NCBI GenBank assembly: GCA_020631905.1
Contig: JACKGQ010000001.1
Location: forward strand, 549,854-613,853
Direction: 5' to 3'
Length of the DNA: 64,000 nucleotides
Origin: Candidatus Nomurabacteria bacterium
GTDB taxonomy: Bacteria > Patescibacteriota > Saccharimonadia > Saccharimonadales > VXPC01
Program-made: the position numbers and the translations under genes
Notes under the pieces: model-generated
Databases searched by the model: none
What the model saw: only the letters and a program-made list of their open reading frames with translations
What the model was told of the DNA's origin: nothing
Part shown: one piece after another, positions 20,641 through 28,036 of the stretch
Layout of the letters: each line of letters starts with the position of its first letter
Numbering within the stretch: position 1 is the first letter of the stretch

Positions 20641-21228
20641 TTAGGGCTTGCCAGATTGCTTTTTGGCAAGCTGCTTATTGAGGTAAAGTCGGCGAGAGGC
20701 GCGGCGTTTTTTGCTTTGTTTGGTGCGAGCAATCATTCGGTCAATCAGTTCGACAATTTCGTCGATCTCTACACCGTGGTAAAAGCACTTTAGCTCGGGG
20801 TCGGCGTCTTTGTATAGCCAGCGCTTATAGTATGCTAGGGCATATTCGTGGGTTATCGCTTGGCCCTTGCCTTCGCATCTTAGCTTGGGCAACACAAAAG
20901 CCTCGACCTCACTTCCGTAGAGTCTCATGGCTTTATAATAGTGCCATTTTTCCATGCGGTTGGTGGGCTTGCCTTGGTGATCTTGCCAGACATGCATAAT
21001 AAATCTTAGGTCTTCTTGCTTGCGTGTTTGTATATCGTACAAGTGCCGATATTGCCAGTAGTAGTAGTGGGGCTTGTGCAGTTTAGTCAAAATCCACCTT
21101 ACGTAACGTAAAAAATCTATGTAAGTGGCAGAAACTTCGGCCGGGATGTATTCATACGCCATGGTATCGCCAACATGAAAAGCCATGTGCAACTGATCGG
21201 TATTAGTCTTTTTCTTACGAAACACCAC
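20641..21228 (-). CDS. Hypothetical W/Y/H-rich protein, downstream partner of the AbrB-like gene
   Basis: 195 aa with a basic C-terminal tail (KQSKKRRASRR). It sits 29 nt downstream of the AbrB-fold gene on the same strand. No family recognised. Confidence 0.4.
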   Translation of the reverse strand: MVFRKKKTNTDQLHMAFHVGDTMAYEYIPAEVSATYIDFLRYVRWILTKLHKPHYYYWQYRHLYDIQTRKQEDLRFIMHVWQDHQGKPTNRMEKWHYYKAMRLYGSEVEAFVLPKLRCEGKGQAITHEYALAYYKRWLYKDADPELKCFYHGVEIDEIVELIDRMIARTKQSKKRRASRRLYLNKQLAKKQSGKP

Positions 21229-21257
21229 TACACCATTATACTTTAATGGTCTAAATG

Positions 21258-21440
21258 TTATTCTACCCAGTCGGTGATCACTAGGTGGCTACCCTTGAGT
21301 TCGACAACAACTTTTTGGTGCTCTTTCCAGCCCAGCTTTTTTACAAAAGCTTTCGGCAACGTCAGCATATAGCTCTCGCCATCTTTACCAGTTTTTTGCA
21401 GTTTGCGAATGTTTACTTCACTAGATTTCTTATCGCCCAT
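21258..21440 (-). CDS. AbrB/MazE/SpoVT-family DNA-binding protein (antitoxin/regulator-like)
   Basis: 60 aa. LTLPKAFVKKLGWKEHQKVVVELKGSHLVI is a swapped-hairpin beta-barrel (AbrB/MazE) pattern. AAGGAGGGG SD upstream. Confidence 0.7.
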   Translation of the reverse strand: MGDKKSSEVNIRKLQKTGKDGESYMLTLPKAFVKKLGWKEHQKVVVELKGSHLVITDWVE

Positions 21441-21456
21441 CTTGCCCCTCCTTAAC

Positions 21457-21490
21457 GTTCAGATTATATAATCGATTATATAATCTGAAC
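21457..21490. repeat. 34-bp perfect palindrome (operator and/or dif-like site), left boundary of the cassette
   Basis: GTTCAGATTATATAATCGATTATATAATCTGAAC equals its own reverse complement (verified base by base). It contains two TATAAT boxes and lies 5 nt upstream of the AbrB-like gene's SD. Its core shares 23/28 positions with the palindrome at 28009-28036. Confidence 0.8.
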
Positions 21491-21567
21491 TACATTCAAT
21501 AAACTATTTAGCCATAAAAAATATACGTACCATTCATATTAATTATAAATACTGTTATGCTGCCTTC

Positions 21568-22272
21568 ATGAGTTTTGTAGTTAATCAGATTATTTCTTAC
21601 CGTGATCTGTGCAATGAAGAAGAGCAAGAACAGCTTCAGAGAGGTATGAATTTTGAATTGCGACCAGGCTATTCTGTAGTGTTAATGTCGGTCAAGCCGA
21701 ATGCGCCGTATGCAGACAGAATATCTGGCGATGGTCTTACTATCTACTATGAGGGCCATGATGTGCCGGGTGATAAGTTAAAAGAGTACGATCAGCCTTC
21801 AGCTAACCCTAGCGGCACACTCACTCAAAATGGTATGTTTTGCCACGCAATAGACCGGGCAAAGAAAACCGGTGACTACCCTCTCGTAAAAGTGTATGAA
21901 AAGTTACAAATGGGCATATGGACTTACCGTGGTTTGTTTGAGATACGTGATTATTCTTTCATCGAACGTGGACGCAGAAAAGTATTTGAATTTGTATTCA
22001 CCGTCACCGAGCAAAAACTCGAAGAGGCAGAAAAACATCGTGCCAAAAAAGTCATCGACCTCGAACAAACGCGTCAAATTCCTGGCAAGATCAAGCTAGC
22101 TGTATTTAAGCGTGACAAAGGAATGTGTACACAGTGTGGCGCCAAAGATAATCTGCATTTTGACCACATACTGCCCTACTCAAAAGGTGGCACTAGCCTG
22201 AAAGAAGAAAACATCCAGCTCCTCTGCGCCCGCCACAACCTCCAAAAATCCGCAAAAGTCGACACCTACTAA
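21568..22272 (+). CDS. SRA(YDG)-HNH modification-dependent (type IV-like) restriction endonuclease
   Basis: 234 aa. The N-terminal 150 aa follow the SRA pattern (GYSVVLMS..., YYEGHD, DQ...LTQNG..., PLVKVYEK...WTYRGLFEI...). The C-terminus is [22 protein letters not shown]...QLLCARHN (HNH). Confidence 0.75.
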   Translation: MSFVVNQIISYRDLCNEEEQEQLQRGMNFELRPGYSVVLMSVKPNAPYADRISGDGLTIYYEGHDVPGDKLKEYDQPSANPSGTLTQNGMFCHAIDRAKKTGDYPLVKVYEKLQMGIWTYRGLFEIRDYSFIERGRRKVFEFVFTVTEQKLEEAEKHRAKKVIDLEQTRQIPGKIKLAVFKRDKGMCTQCGAKDNLHFDHILPYSKGGTSLKEENIQLLCARHNLQKSAKVDTY

Positions 22273-23855
22273 TTTTTATCAAGCTCGTTGAATTTTTGCT
22301 GCATTGTAGGATTACCTCGTGTAAGCTTTTTGATTGTAAGGTCTTGTGCTTTATCGTTGGCAAGACGCAAGTTATTCTCACTAGATAACAACGCAGCTTT
22401 AGTTTTCTCCAGTTGCTTGATAGTTTTATCGATACCATCAATTGCCTCAGTAAATCTTCGTCCGGCTAGTTCGTAGTTTTTACCAAAGGCAAGTTTGAAT
22501 GCTTCCATATTTTCTTCAAAGTTAGTGATGTCGATATTTTGTTCCTGAATTGCAAGTAACTGTCGTTTTGCATCGACCGATTTGATGTTTGCGCTTTTAA
22601 GCATCGACACCAGTGGGAGGAAAAATTGTGGTCGAATAACATACATCTTTTCATATTTATACGACAGATCTACAATTCCCCTGTTGTATAGATCATTATC
22701 TGCTTCAAGCAAAGTAACAAGTACCGCGTACTCTAAGCCTTTTTTCTTGCGATCTTTGTCTAGCTTTTCTAGATGGCTATCTACTGTTCGTTTGTTTGCA
22801 GATACATCTTGTTCGTCTTTCATTTCAAACATTATTGAAATAATCTCGGTTCCATTGGGTGAATCGTAGTCGCGGTAAATATAGTCCCCTTTGGTCCCTT
22901 TGGTCTCATCTTCTTCTTTGATGGCTTCGTTATCTTTTTCGAAGTAAGCATATGGAAATTGACCGGCACGGACGGCGTTGAACTCATTTTGGCAATGTTG
23001 CTCTAGTGTTTCACCAACAAGCTTTACTGATAACTTTGCTTTCATATCTTTCAGCCGCTCGATAGTATCCTCACGATCCTTCAGCTGCGTTTCATATTTG
23101 TCTTTAAGTGATGATTCTAGTAGCTTCTGTTCAGTGTCCTTGCTTTCGAGCTTATTTGTGAGTTCATCTCGTTCTTTTTCTAGTTTATTGACCGCTTCAG
23201 TCAGTGCTAATTTGTTCTTAGTTTCGGACGATTCTATTAATGCCTTAAGGTCAGCAATCTCAGCGTCTTTTTCTACTTTGAGTTTTAGTAGCGATGCAGC
23301 CTTTTCTGCACGCAGTTCAGCAATCTCAGTTTCTTTTTTGGCAATATCTTGCTGCAGTGATATTTTTGTTTGCGATTCGACTAGCTTAACTTGATCTTCT
23401 TTTTCACGAAGTTGAGATTTTAGCTCGTCTCGCTCCTTCTCTATCTTATTTAGCGCTTCTGTGACAGCTAGTTGTTTTTCGGTATCTTTCGCTTCGAGTT
23501 TATGTTGTAAATCTGCTATTTCTGCATCTTTTTTAGCAGCTTCAGCTTGTAAGATGTTTTTTGTAGATTCTTCGGCAAGTTTTACCGCGCTGTCTTTTTC
23601 GGATTCGATCGTTTCTAGTTTTTGTAACAGTTTAGAAATCTCGGTGTTTTTGTCGGCTAGATCTTCCTGGAGCTGATTTTTAACTTTCTCTTCTGCTAAT
23701 TCGATTGCGCTTTGCTTGTCCTTTTCTGCTGCAGCTAGGCGATCATGTAATTCTTTATCAAACTCGGTGTTGCGAACCTGCTTTAAGATATCAGCATAGC
23801 CTGCTTCATCGATTTTGAAAGCTTTTTTGCAGTGCGGACAAATTATTTCATTCAT
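22269..23855 (-). CDS. DUF2130-type protein: N-terminal zinc ribbon, long repetitive coiled coil, C-terminal PD-(D/E)XK-like motif
   Basis: N-terminus [24 protein letters not shown] is typical of DUF2130, followed by about 250 aa of E/K-rich coiled coil with internal repeats. C-terminal GDYIYRD...[11 protein letters not shown] is nuclease-like. Start set to ATG 23855 (GGAGG 5 nt upstream), an 8-nt overlap (ATGAATGA) with the upstream ATPase gene. Confidence 0.7.
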   Translation of the reverse strand: MNEIICPHCKKAFKIDEAGYADILKQVRNTEFDKELHDRLAAAEKDKQSAIELAEEKVKNQLQEDLADKNTEISKLLQKLETIESEKDSAVKLAEESTKNILQAEAAKKDAEIADLQHKLEAKDTEKQLAVTEALNKIEKERDELKSQLREKEDQVKLVESQTKISLQQDIAKKETEIAELRAEKAASLLKLKVEKDAEIADLKALIESSETKNKLALTEAVNKLEKERDELTNKLESKDTEQKLLESSLKDKYETQLKDREDTIERLKDMKAKLSVKLVGETLEQHCQNEFNAVRAGQFPYAYFEKDNEAIKEEDETKGTKGDYIYRDYDSPNGTEIISIMFEMKDEQDVSANKRTVDSHLEKLDKDRKKKGLEYAVLVTLLEADNDLYNRGIVDLSYKYEKMYVIRPQFFLPLVSMLKSANIKSVDAKRQLLAIQEQNIDITNFEENMEAFKLAFGKNYELAGRRFTEAIDGIDKTIKQLEKTKAALLSSENNLRLANDKAQDLTIKKLTRGNPTMQQKFNELDKN

Positions 23856-25473
23856 CTGAACCTCCAAAGTACTCATCAACCTGATCCATTATCAATACAA
23901 AGTTCTTGAATTCCTCTGACGCTTCTTTCTTATTGCCGTGCTCGTCAAAGCATCCCGTCTTGAATTGTATTTTGTTTTTGCACTTTTTTACATCTATTGC
24001 GCACATTTCACAATTCCCGCACGGACGGTATTTGTCTCGGATATCATTTGCCTTTAACTGCAAGAGCTTAAATGAGCTAAAATCTTCAGAATCTTTTTCC
24101 ATACATTTTGATTCTGCCTCACCGTAATCGTAAATTGCTGCTACTTTTTCAAGGCCAGTATCTTGCGCCATTTGTAGATATGGTCTGAAATTTACATAAC
24201 CCTGAACTCCATACCCAAATACATCGTAAGGTAGTAGTTTGTCACATTCATTGGCCCATTTTCTTACTAAGCCCACGTCTTCTTGACCTTCTAGCATAAG
24301 TACGCTGTTGGAGAATAAAATTTCTTTCGTAGCTTCATCAAGTATAAAAGGTTTTTGCCATTCCTTCTCTGAATTATCGATTAACTCGCTATATTTAGAA
24401 GTTGAGTCGAGCCAGTGTAATTTTGTTCCCTCTTTTTTACTAAATGTTGCTCTCCCAATCTTTGCTCCATTTACTAAATCAGTCCAGTTTGCAAAGTAAG
24501 GTGAATGGGTGACTAATATTATTTGTTCTCTTTGGGTAATTACACGCAGAGCATTTAAAAGCTTTTTTTGTCCCTGGGCGCTTAAGGAGAGTTCTGGCTC
24601 ATCTATCGTAAGGTAAAATGGCTTTTTGTGTTCTGATTTTTCGAAAGATGCCGCATAAGCCTGTATCAATGCTATTATCACGGCGCGCTGTAAACCGGAT
24701 CCTTTTGTATTGATTTCTGAATCGTGGCTCCCGTCTTTGACGATTGTCTTAACATTTTTTGTGAGTGCATTCAGGTCTGGTCTTTCAGGTACAAAATTTA
24801 TTCCAACTTCACCATAAAATTCTTTAATATAACCCGATACTTTCTCGGATACATCCTTGCTCTTCTTCTCAAATATAGAGTTATCTTCGAAAAGATCTTT
24901 AAACGCATCCTTTAGGTCGTCATATCGCTTTTCTTCTTCTATTTCTTTAAAAATTTTTCCGAGCAAGTCACCTAAAATAGATGTGGTGCCATATTTTGTT
25001 GCTTCATCTGTTGTGTATTCAGGGTCTATAGTTCTCATTTTCATCCACGATCCGAAAGGCGCATCAATGCCTGAACTATTCTTATAGGTTCCATCAGATT
25101 GTTTTAGAAATATTTTACTAATGCTCTCTTCATCAGACCTCTTAGCATGCATAGACCCATCTAGCACTGCACTTTTGTACGCAGCCTGTTTGTTTTCTGT
25201 TACATAGGTCTCGATCGATTTTTCAAAATCAGAAGAAATAAATTCGACTTCAATTGATGTAGTGTCATCCGTCCCATGAGTTTTGTCATCCCCTGAAAAT
25301 TTATTGAATAGTGCATCTATAGCACGACATGCATTAGATTTACCCACATTATTCGGTCCGACCACTATTGTGAGCCCACTGCCATGTTGTCCATTGGGAA
25401 CTGCTAGGTCGAATTCTTCATTCTTTATAGAACGATAGTTACTAATTTTTACTTTTTTTATGTATACACTCAT
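23848..25473 (-). CDS. ABC/OLD-family-like ATPase with degenerate Toprim-like C-terminal region and Cys cluster
   Basis: 541 aa. Walker A GPNNVGKS (39-46), signature-like GSGLQR (258-263), Walker B LTIDEPE (D291 E292), H-loop VTHSP (H323). Then [11 protein letters not shown] (E395) and [10 protein letters not shown] (D448), which are Toprim-like, and C485-x2-C488-x2-C491...C498...C508. The ATG directly abuts the upstream stop (TAAATG). Confidence 0.7.
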   Translation of the reverse strand: MSVYIKKVKISNYRSIKNEEFDLAVPNGQHGSGLTIVVGPNNVGKSNACRAIDALFNKFSGDDKTHGTDDTTSIEVEFISSDFEKSIETYVTENKQAAYKSAVLDGSMHAKRSDEESISKIFLKQSDGTYKNSSGIDAPFGSWMKMRTIDPEYTTDEATKYGTTSILGDLLGKIFKEIEEEKRYDDLKDAFKDLFEDNSIFEKKSKDVSEKVSGYIKEFYGEVGINFVPERPDLNALTKNVKTIVKDGSHDSEINTKGSGLQRAVIIALIQAYAASFEKSEHKKPFYLTIDEPELSLSAQGQKKLLNALRVITQREQIILVTHSPYFANWTDLVNGAKIGRATFSKKEGTKLHWLDSTSKYSELIDNSEKEWQKPFILDEATKEILFSNSVLMLEGQEDVGLVRKWANECDKLLPYDVFGYGVQGYVNFRPYLQMAQDTGLEKVAAIYDYGEAESKCMEKDSEDFSSFKLLQLKANDIRDKYRPCGNCEMCAIDVKKCKNKIQFKTGCFDEHGNKKEASEEFKNFVLIMDQVDEYFGGSDE

Positions 25474-27324
25474 TTAGGAATTGCCCTTTTTGTTAAGATA
25501 ATTCTTCAAAGAAGGACTAGTAGTGTATACATAACAACCCTTCATCCCTCTAGTCATAAGAACTTTATAGATGTTGCGAACGAGGCGATTTAGTTCTTTT
25601 GGATCGTCCTTTAGGCCTTTTTTGCCTTCACCATCTTTGTAATTTTCGTGACTAGTTACGAACGTCATAGTTTCTGGATCGTACTGCAAATCATTGCCAA
25701 TAATTACACCTACATAGTCGAATTCTAGACCTTGAGAGGTGTGTATACACCCTACCTGATGAATGCCTTCGTCATCTTCTGCCCAGGTGGTGCCAACTTT
25801 CCTTGAGTTCCAAGGCATGCTGAAATCAAATTCAGGTATTGATACGTCTTCTACTTCGGCGTCGGGGTTGCCTTCTCTAGCGCTCGTCCATTTCCAGGCA
25901 TAGCCTGCTAGCACTCGTGCTTTGAAGCCTGCATCATGCTTGGCCTTTATTGCCCTCCGCATCTCATTTGGGTCATCAAAAACTTTGAACTCAAAATCAC
26001 CATCTTCCCAGCCGTCGTAGTTAGCCGTTTCTTTGAGCTGAAAAACATGGTTGAGCCAGTTGATATAGCCTTCTGCTCCTGAGCAGCGGAACTGTGCCGT
26101 TAATTCTATCTCATGTATTTCTGCGTCATATTCATCGGCAAGTCTTTTCAGCTCTTTTACTGAGCCAATATCATCTGGTCGGATGGCTTGATCGTCGTCA
26201 ATGAAAAAGATCGATGTCTTGCCAGCCCGAATAACGTCTTCAACCTGGTTTATGCCCCTGTACATAAACGCACCTTTTCTTTTCAGTCGATGTGCCTCGT
26301 CAATAATAAGTGCATCAAACGTGTTCGGGTCGGCATCAACAAATCCAGCTGAGCCTTTAAATAGATTCTTTACCCTTACTTTTGAATGCTCTTTTGCTAA
26401 TCTTTTGACCATCACATCACGAAACGAAGCGTTTGGTGCTACAAATACCGCGTTGAGCTGGTCTATGAGCAATTGACCGAGTAAATTCACGGATATAACT
26501 GACTTACCAGTACCTGGTCCGCCTTTTATAATTACCACTGACTTAGTTGACGTATTTCTTGCTACTGAACGAGCTTTTTCAAAAGCAACTTTTTGCTCGT
26601 CTAGTAGAACAAATTCTTGGTTTCCTTCAAATAACCCAGAGACGTGATCAATTAATTTTTTGCTTGGCTTAACTTTGCCAGACTCTATTTGATATAAAAT
26701 TTCTGTGCCTTTGCCGTATTTTACAAATTTGGCTAAAAAGCTTTCTAATTTCTCCTGGTCGTCTCTGAAGTATATGGGTGATTGTTCGATTACATCTAAG
26801 TATATTTCCGCAAGAAGTGGCTCTGGATCTTTTTGCTCGTAGTTATGTAAATAAGCGCAAGAGTACGCTGAGATAGTTCCTTGAGAAATATTTTCGTTAA
26901 AATCAAACATAAACTGCCTATAAGATGTTGCCTGGTAGCTCGGATGGGTTGTTTCTCGCGTATTGCCACCAACGAACGTGCTTACGACACCTTCACCGTA
27001 TGCAACCTCAGCTTTTTGCCATTGTTTAAGTTCTACAATTATGAAGTTGTTATTACCGTGTTCATCCTGGCCGGCGACGATAAAATCTATACGATTTGAT
27101 GTAAGAGGAATCACGTATTCGATCAACACGCCGCAGTCATCAGCAATGCCTGAGCGCCTGACGACTCGCTCCATTTGTGGCAAAGAGTTGATGTATGCAC
27201 TTCGTTCTGCTGGTGGTATGTTTCTGCCAAGTTTTGTTCGAAATGTACTTTCAATTGACTGAAGAATTTTACCCGAATCTACAGTTTCACAAAATTCTTT
27301 AACTGTAGATTGGTAAAGTATCAT
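25474..27324 (-). CDS. DUF2075-type protein: N-terminal PD-(D/E)XK nuclease motif + SF1 (Schlafen-group-like) helicase/ATPase
   Basis: 616 aa. The N-terminal pattern ...ERSAYINSLPQMERVV... is typical of DUF2075. Also E69...D80...E98-L-K100 (IDFIVAG...FIIVELKQW), Walker A GGPGTGKS (268-275), Walker B LIIDEAHR (D342 E343), and C-terminal SQGLEFDYVGVIIG. The ATG overlaps the MazG-like stop (ATGA). Confidence 0.8.
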   Translation of the reverse strand: MILYQSTVKEFCETVDSGKILQSIESTFRTKLGRNIPPAERSAYINSLPQMERVVRRSGIADDCGVLIEYVIPLTSNRIDFIVAGQDEHGNNNFIIVELKQWQKAEVAYGEGVVSTFVGGNTRETTHPSYQATSYRQFMFDFNENISQGTISAYSCAYLHNYEQKDPEPLLAEIYLDVIEQSPIYFRDDQEKLESFLAKFVKYGKGTEILYQIESGKVKPSKKLIDHVSGLFEGNQEFVLLDEQKVAFEKARSVARNTSTKSVVIIKGGPGTGKSVISVNLLGQLLIDQLNAVFVAPNASFRDVMVKRLAKEHSKVRVKNLFKGSAGFVDADPNTFDALIIDEAHRLKRKGAFMYRGINQVEDVIRAGKTSIFFIDDDQAIRPDDIGSVKELKRLADEYDAEIHEIELTAQFRCSGAEGYINWLNHVFQLKETANYDGWEDGDFEFKVFDDPNEMRRAIKAKHDAGFKARVLAGYAWKWTSAREGNPDAEVEDVSIPEFDFSMPWNSRKVGTTWAEDDEGIHQVGCIHTSQGLEFDYVGVIIGNDLQYDPETMTFVTSHENYKDGEGKKGLKDDPKELNRLVRNIYKVLMTRGMKGCYVYTTSPSLKNYLNKKGNS

Positions 27325-27677
27325 TCTTCAGCTAGCTCCGTGTATTTTTTATGGTTGCCTTTGGCTTTTTCGACGGAATATTTGGCTTCGTTTTTTTGCA
27401 TCTTGGCTTCGAACACCTCGACGATGTCGATGTTTAGGTCGTGGGCCATGAGTAGTATCCAATACAAGGTGTCGGCCAGCTCTTCGCCTATGTCGGCTTT
27501 GTTATCACGCACGTGTTTTTCAATTTCTTCTGGGCTCTTCCACTGAAAGTGCTCTAGCACCTCCGCGGCTTCGAGCACTAGTGACATCGCCAGATCTTTG
27601 GGGTTATGAAATTGTTTCCAGTCGCGAGCGTCCCTGAAAGCAATCACTCTATCTTGTAGCTTTTTTAAATCACTCAC
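27321..27677 (-). CDS. MazG-like all-alpha nucleoside triphosphate pyrophosphohydrolase (DCTPP1/YpjD-type, single domain)
   Basis: 118 aa. RDWKQFHNPKDLAMSLVLEAAEVLEHFQW...IGEELADTLYWILLMAHDLNID carries the ExxE...ExxD metal-binding motif pair. GTG start, with a TAGAAT box (27687-27692) 9 nt upstream (apparently leaderless). Confidence 0.85.
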   Translation of the reverse strand: MSDLKKLQDRVIAFRDARDWKQFHNPKDLAMSLVLEAAEVLEHFQWKSPEEIEKHVRDNKADIGEELADTLYWILLMAHDLNIDIVEVFEAKMQKNEAKYSVEKAKGNHKKYTELAEE

Positions 27678-27733
27678 AATAACTCTATTCTACCCTGTTT
27701 GGGGGATTTTTCCATCTTAGGGGCCCGGGATAT

Positions 27734-27899
27734 CTCCATCGTAAACTAACATCTTTGGGAAAAGGGTAACTAAAAGAGATAAGACCGAGGACCAGTCGAA
27801 GAACAAACTGTTCAAGACCGCATCTGCGTTCCGCAGTGCTTATCTAATTTTAGTTAATTTTAACCCAAGGACCTGTTAGTTTATGGGAGCGGGTTTTTT
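27734..27899 (+). ncRNA. Candidate structured RNA: about 155-nt imperfect rod-like hairpin ending in a U6 tract (class unknown; a MITE-like inverted repeat is an alternative)
   Basis: Nested helices: 27742-27751/27874-27883 (10 bp), 27755-27759/27864-27868 (5 bp), 27767-27775/27848-27856 (9 bp), 27777-27783/27839-27845 (7 bp). Apical hairpins at 27801-27813 and 27820-27839, then GGGTTTTTTG (T-run 27894-27899) on the plus strand only. Confidence 0.4.
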
Positions 27900-27953
27900 G
27901 GTTACATTTTGACCTGTAGCAAAAAGTAACAAGAAGTCTGGCGAGCATCGCCT

Positions 27954-27977
27954 AAAACCTACCCCTGTACAGGTTTT
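27954..27977. terminator. Possible bidirectional terminator hairpin downstream of the helicase-nuclease gene
   Basis: AAAACCT (27954-27960) / AGGTTTT (27971-27977) with a 10-nt loop. The A-tract/T-tract symmetry allows function on both strands. Confidence 0.35.
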
Positions 27978-28008
27978 CTACTCTGTTTTGATCTGTTTTC
28001 CATTTAGG

Positions 28009-28036
28009 TAGTTTATATATTCGATTATATAAACTA
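28009..28036. repeat. 28-bp near-perfect palindrome with 11-6-11 architecture (dif/Xer-site-like), right boundary of the cassette
   Basis: TAGTTTATATA TTCGAT TATATAAACTA, 26/28 self-complementary. It overlaps the stop codon of the helicase gene. TTATATAAACT (28025-28035) matches 10/11 of the B. subtilis dif XerD-arm TTATGTAAACT as I recall it. Confidence 0.7.

Noticed and set aside
22288-23676. Plus-strand Ser/Phe/Cys-rich ORFs (e.g. 22978-23394, 23461-23676) antisense to the DUF2130 gene
   Set aside because: These are low-complexity mirror translations of the E/K-rich coiled-coil codons (GAA/AAG read in reverse as TTC/CTT). They have no start context.
23848-27324. Calling the ATPase + helicase pair Gabija (GajA/GajB) or PARIS (AriA/AriB)
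   Set aside because: The helicase is DUF2075-type with an N-terminal PD-(D/E)XK motif, not a UvrD-like GajB. The ATPase tail lacks a clean Toprim DxD. The pair is locked into a four-gene unit with MazG and DUF2130. The resemblance is only at the level of general architecture.
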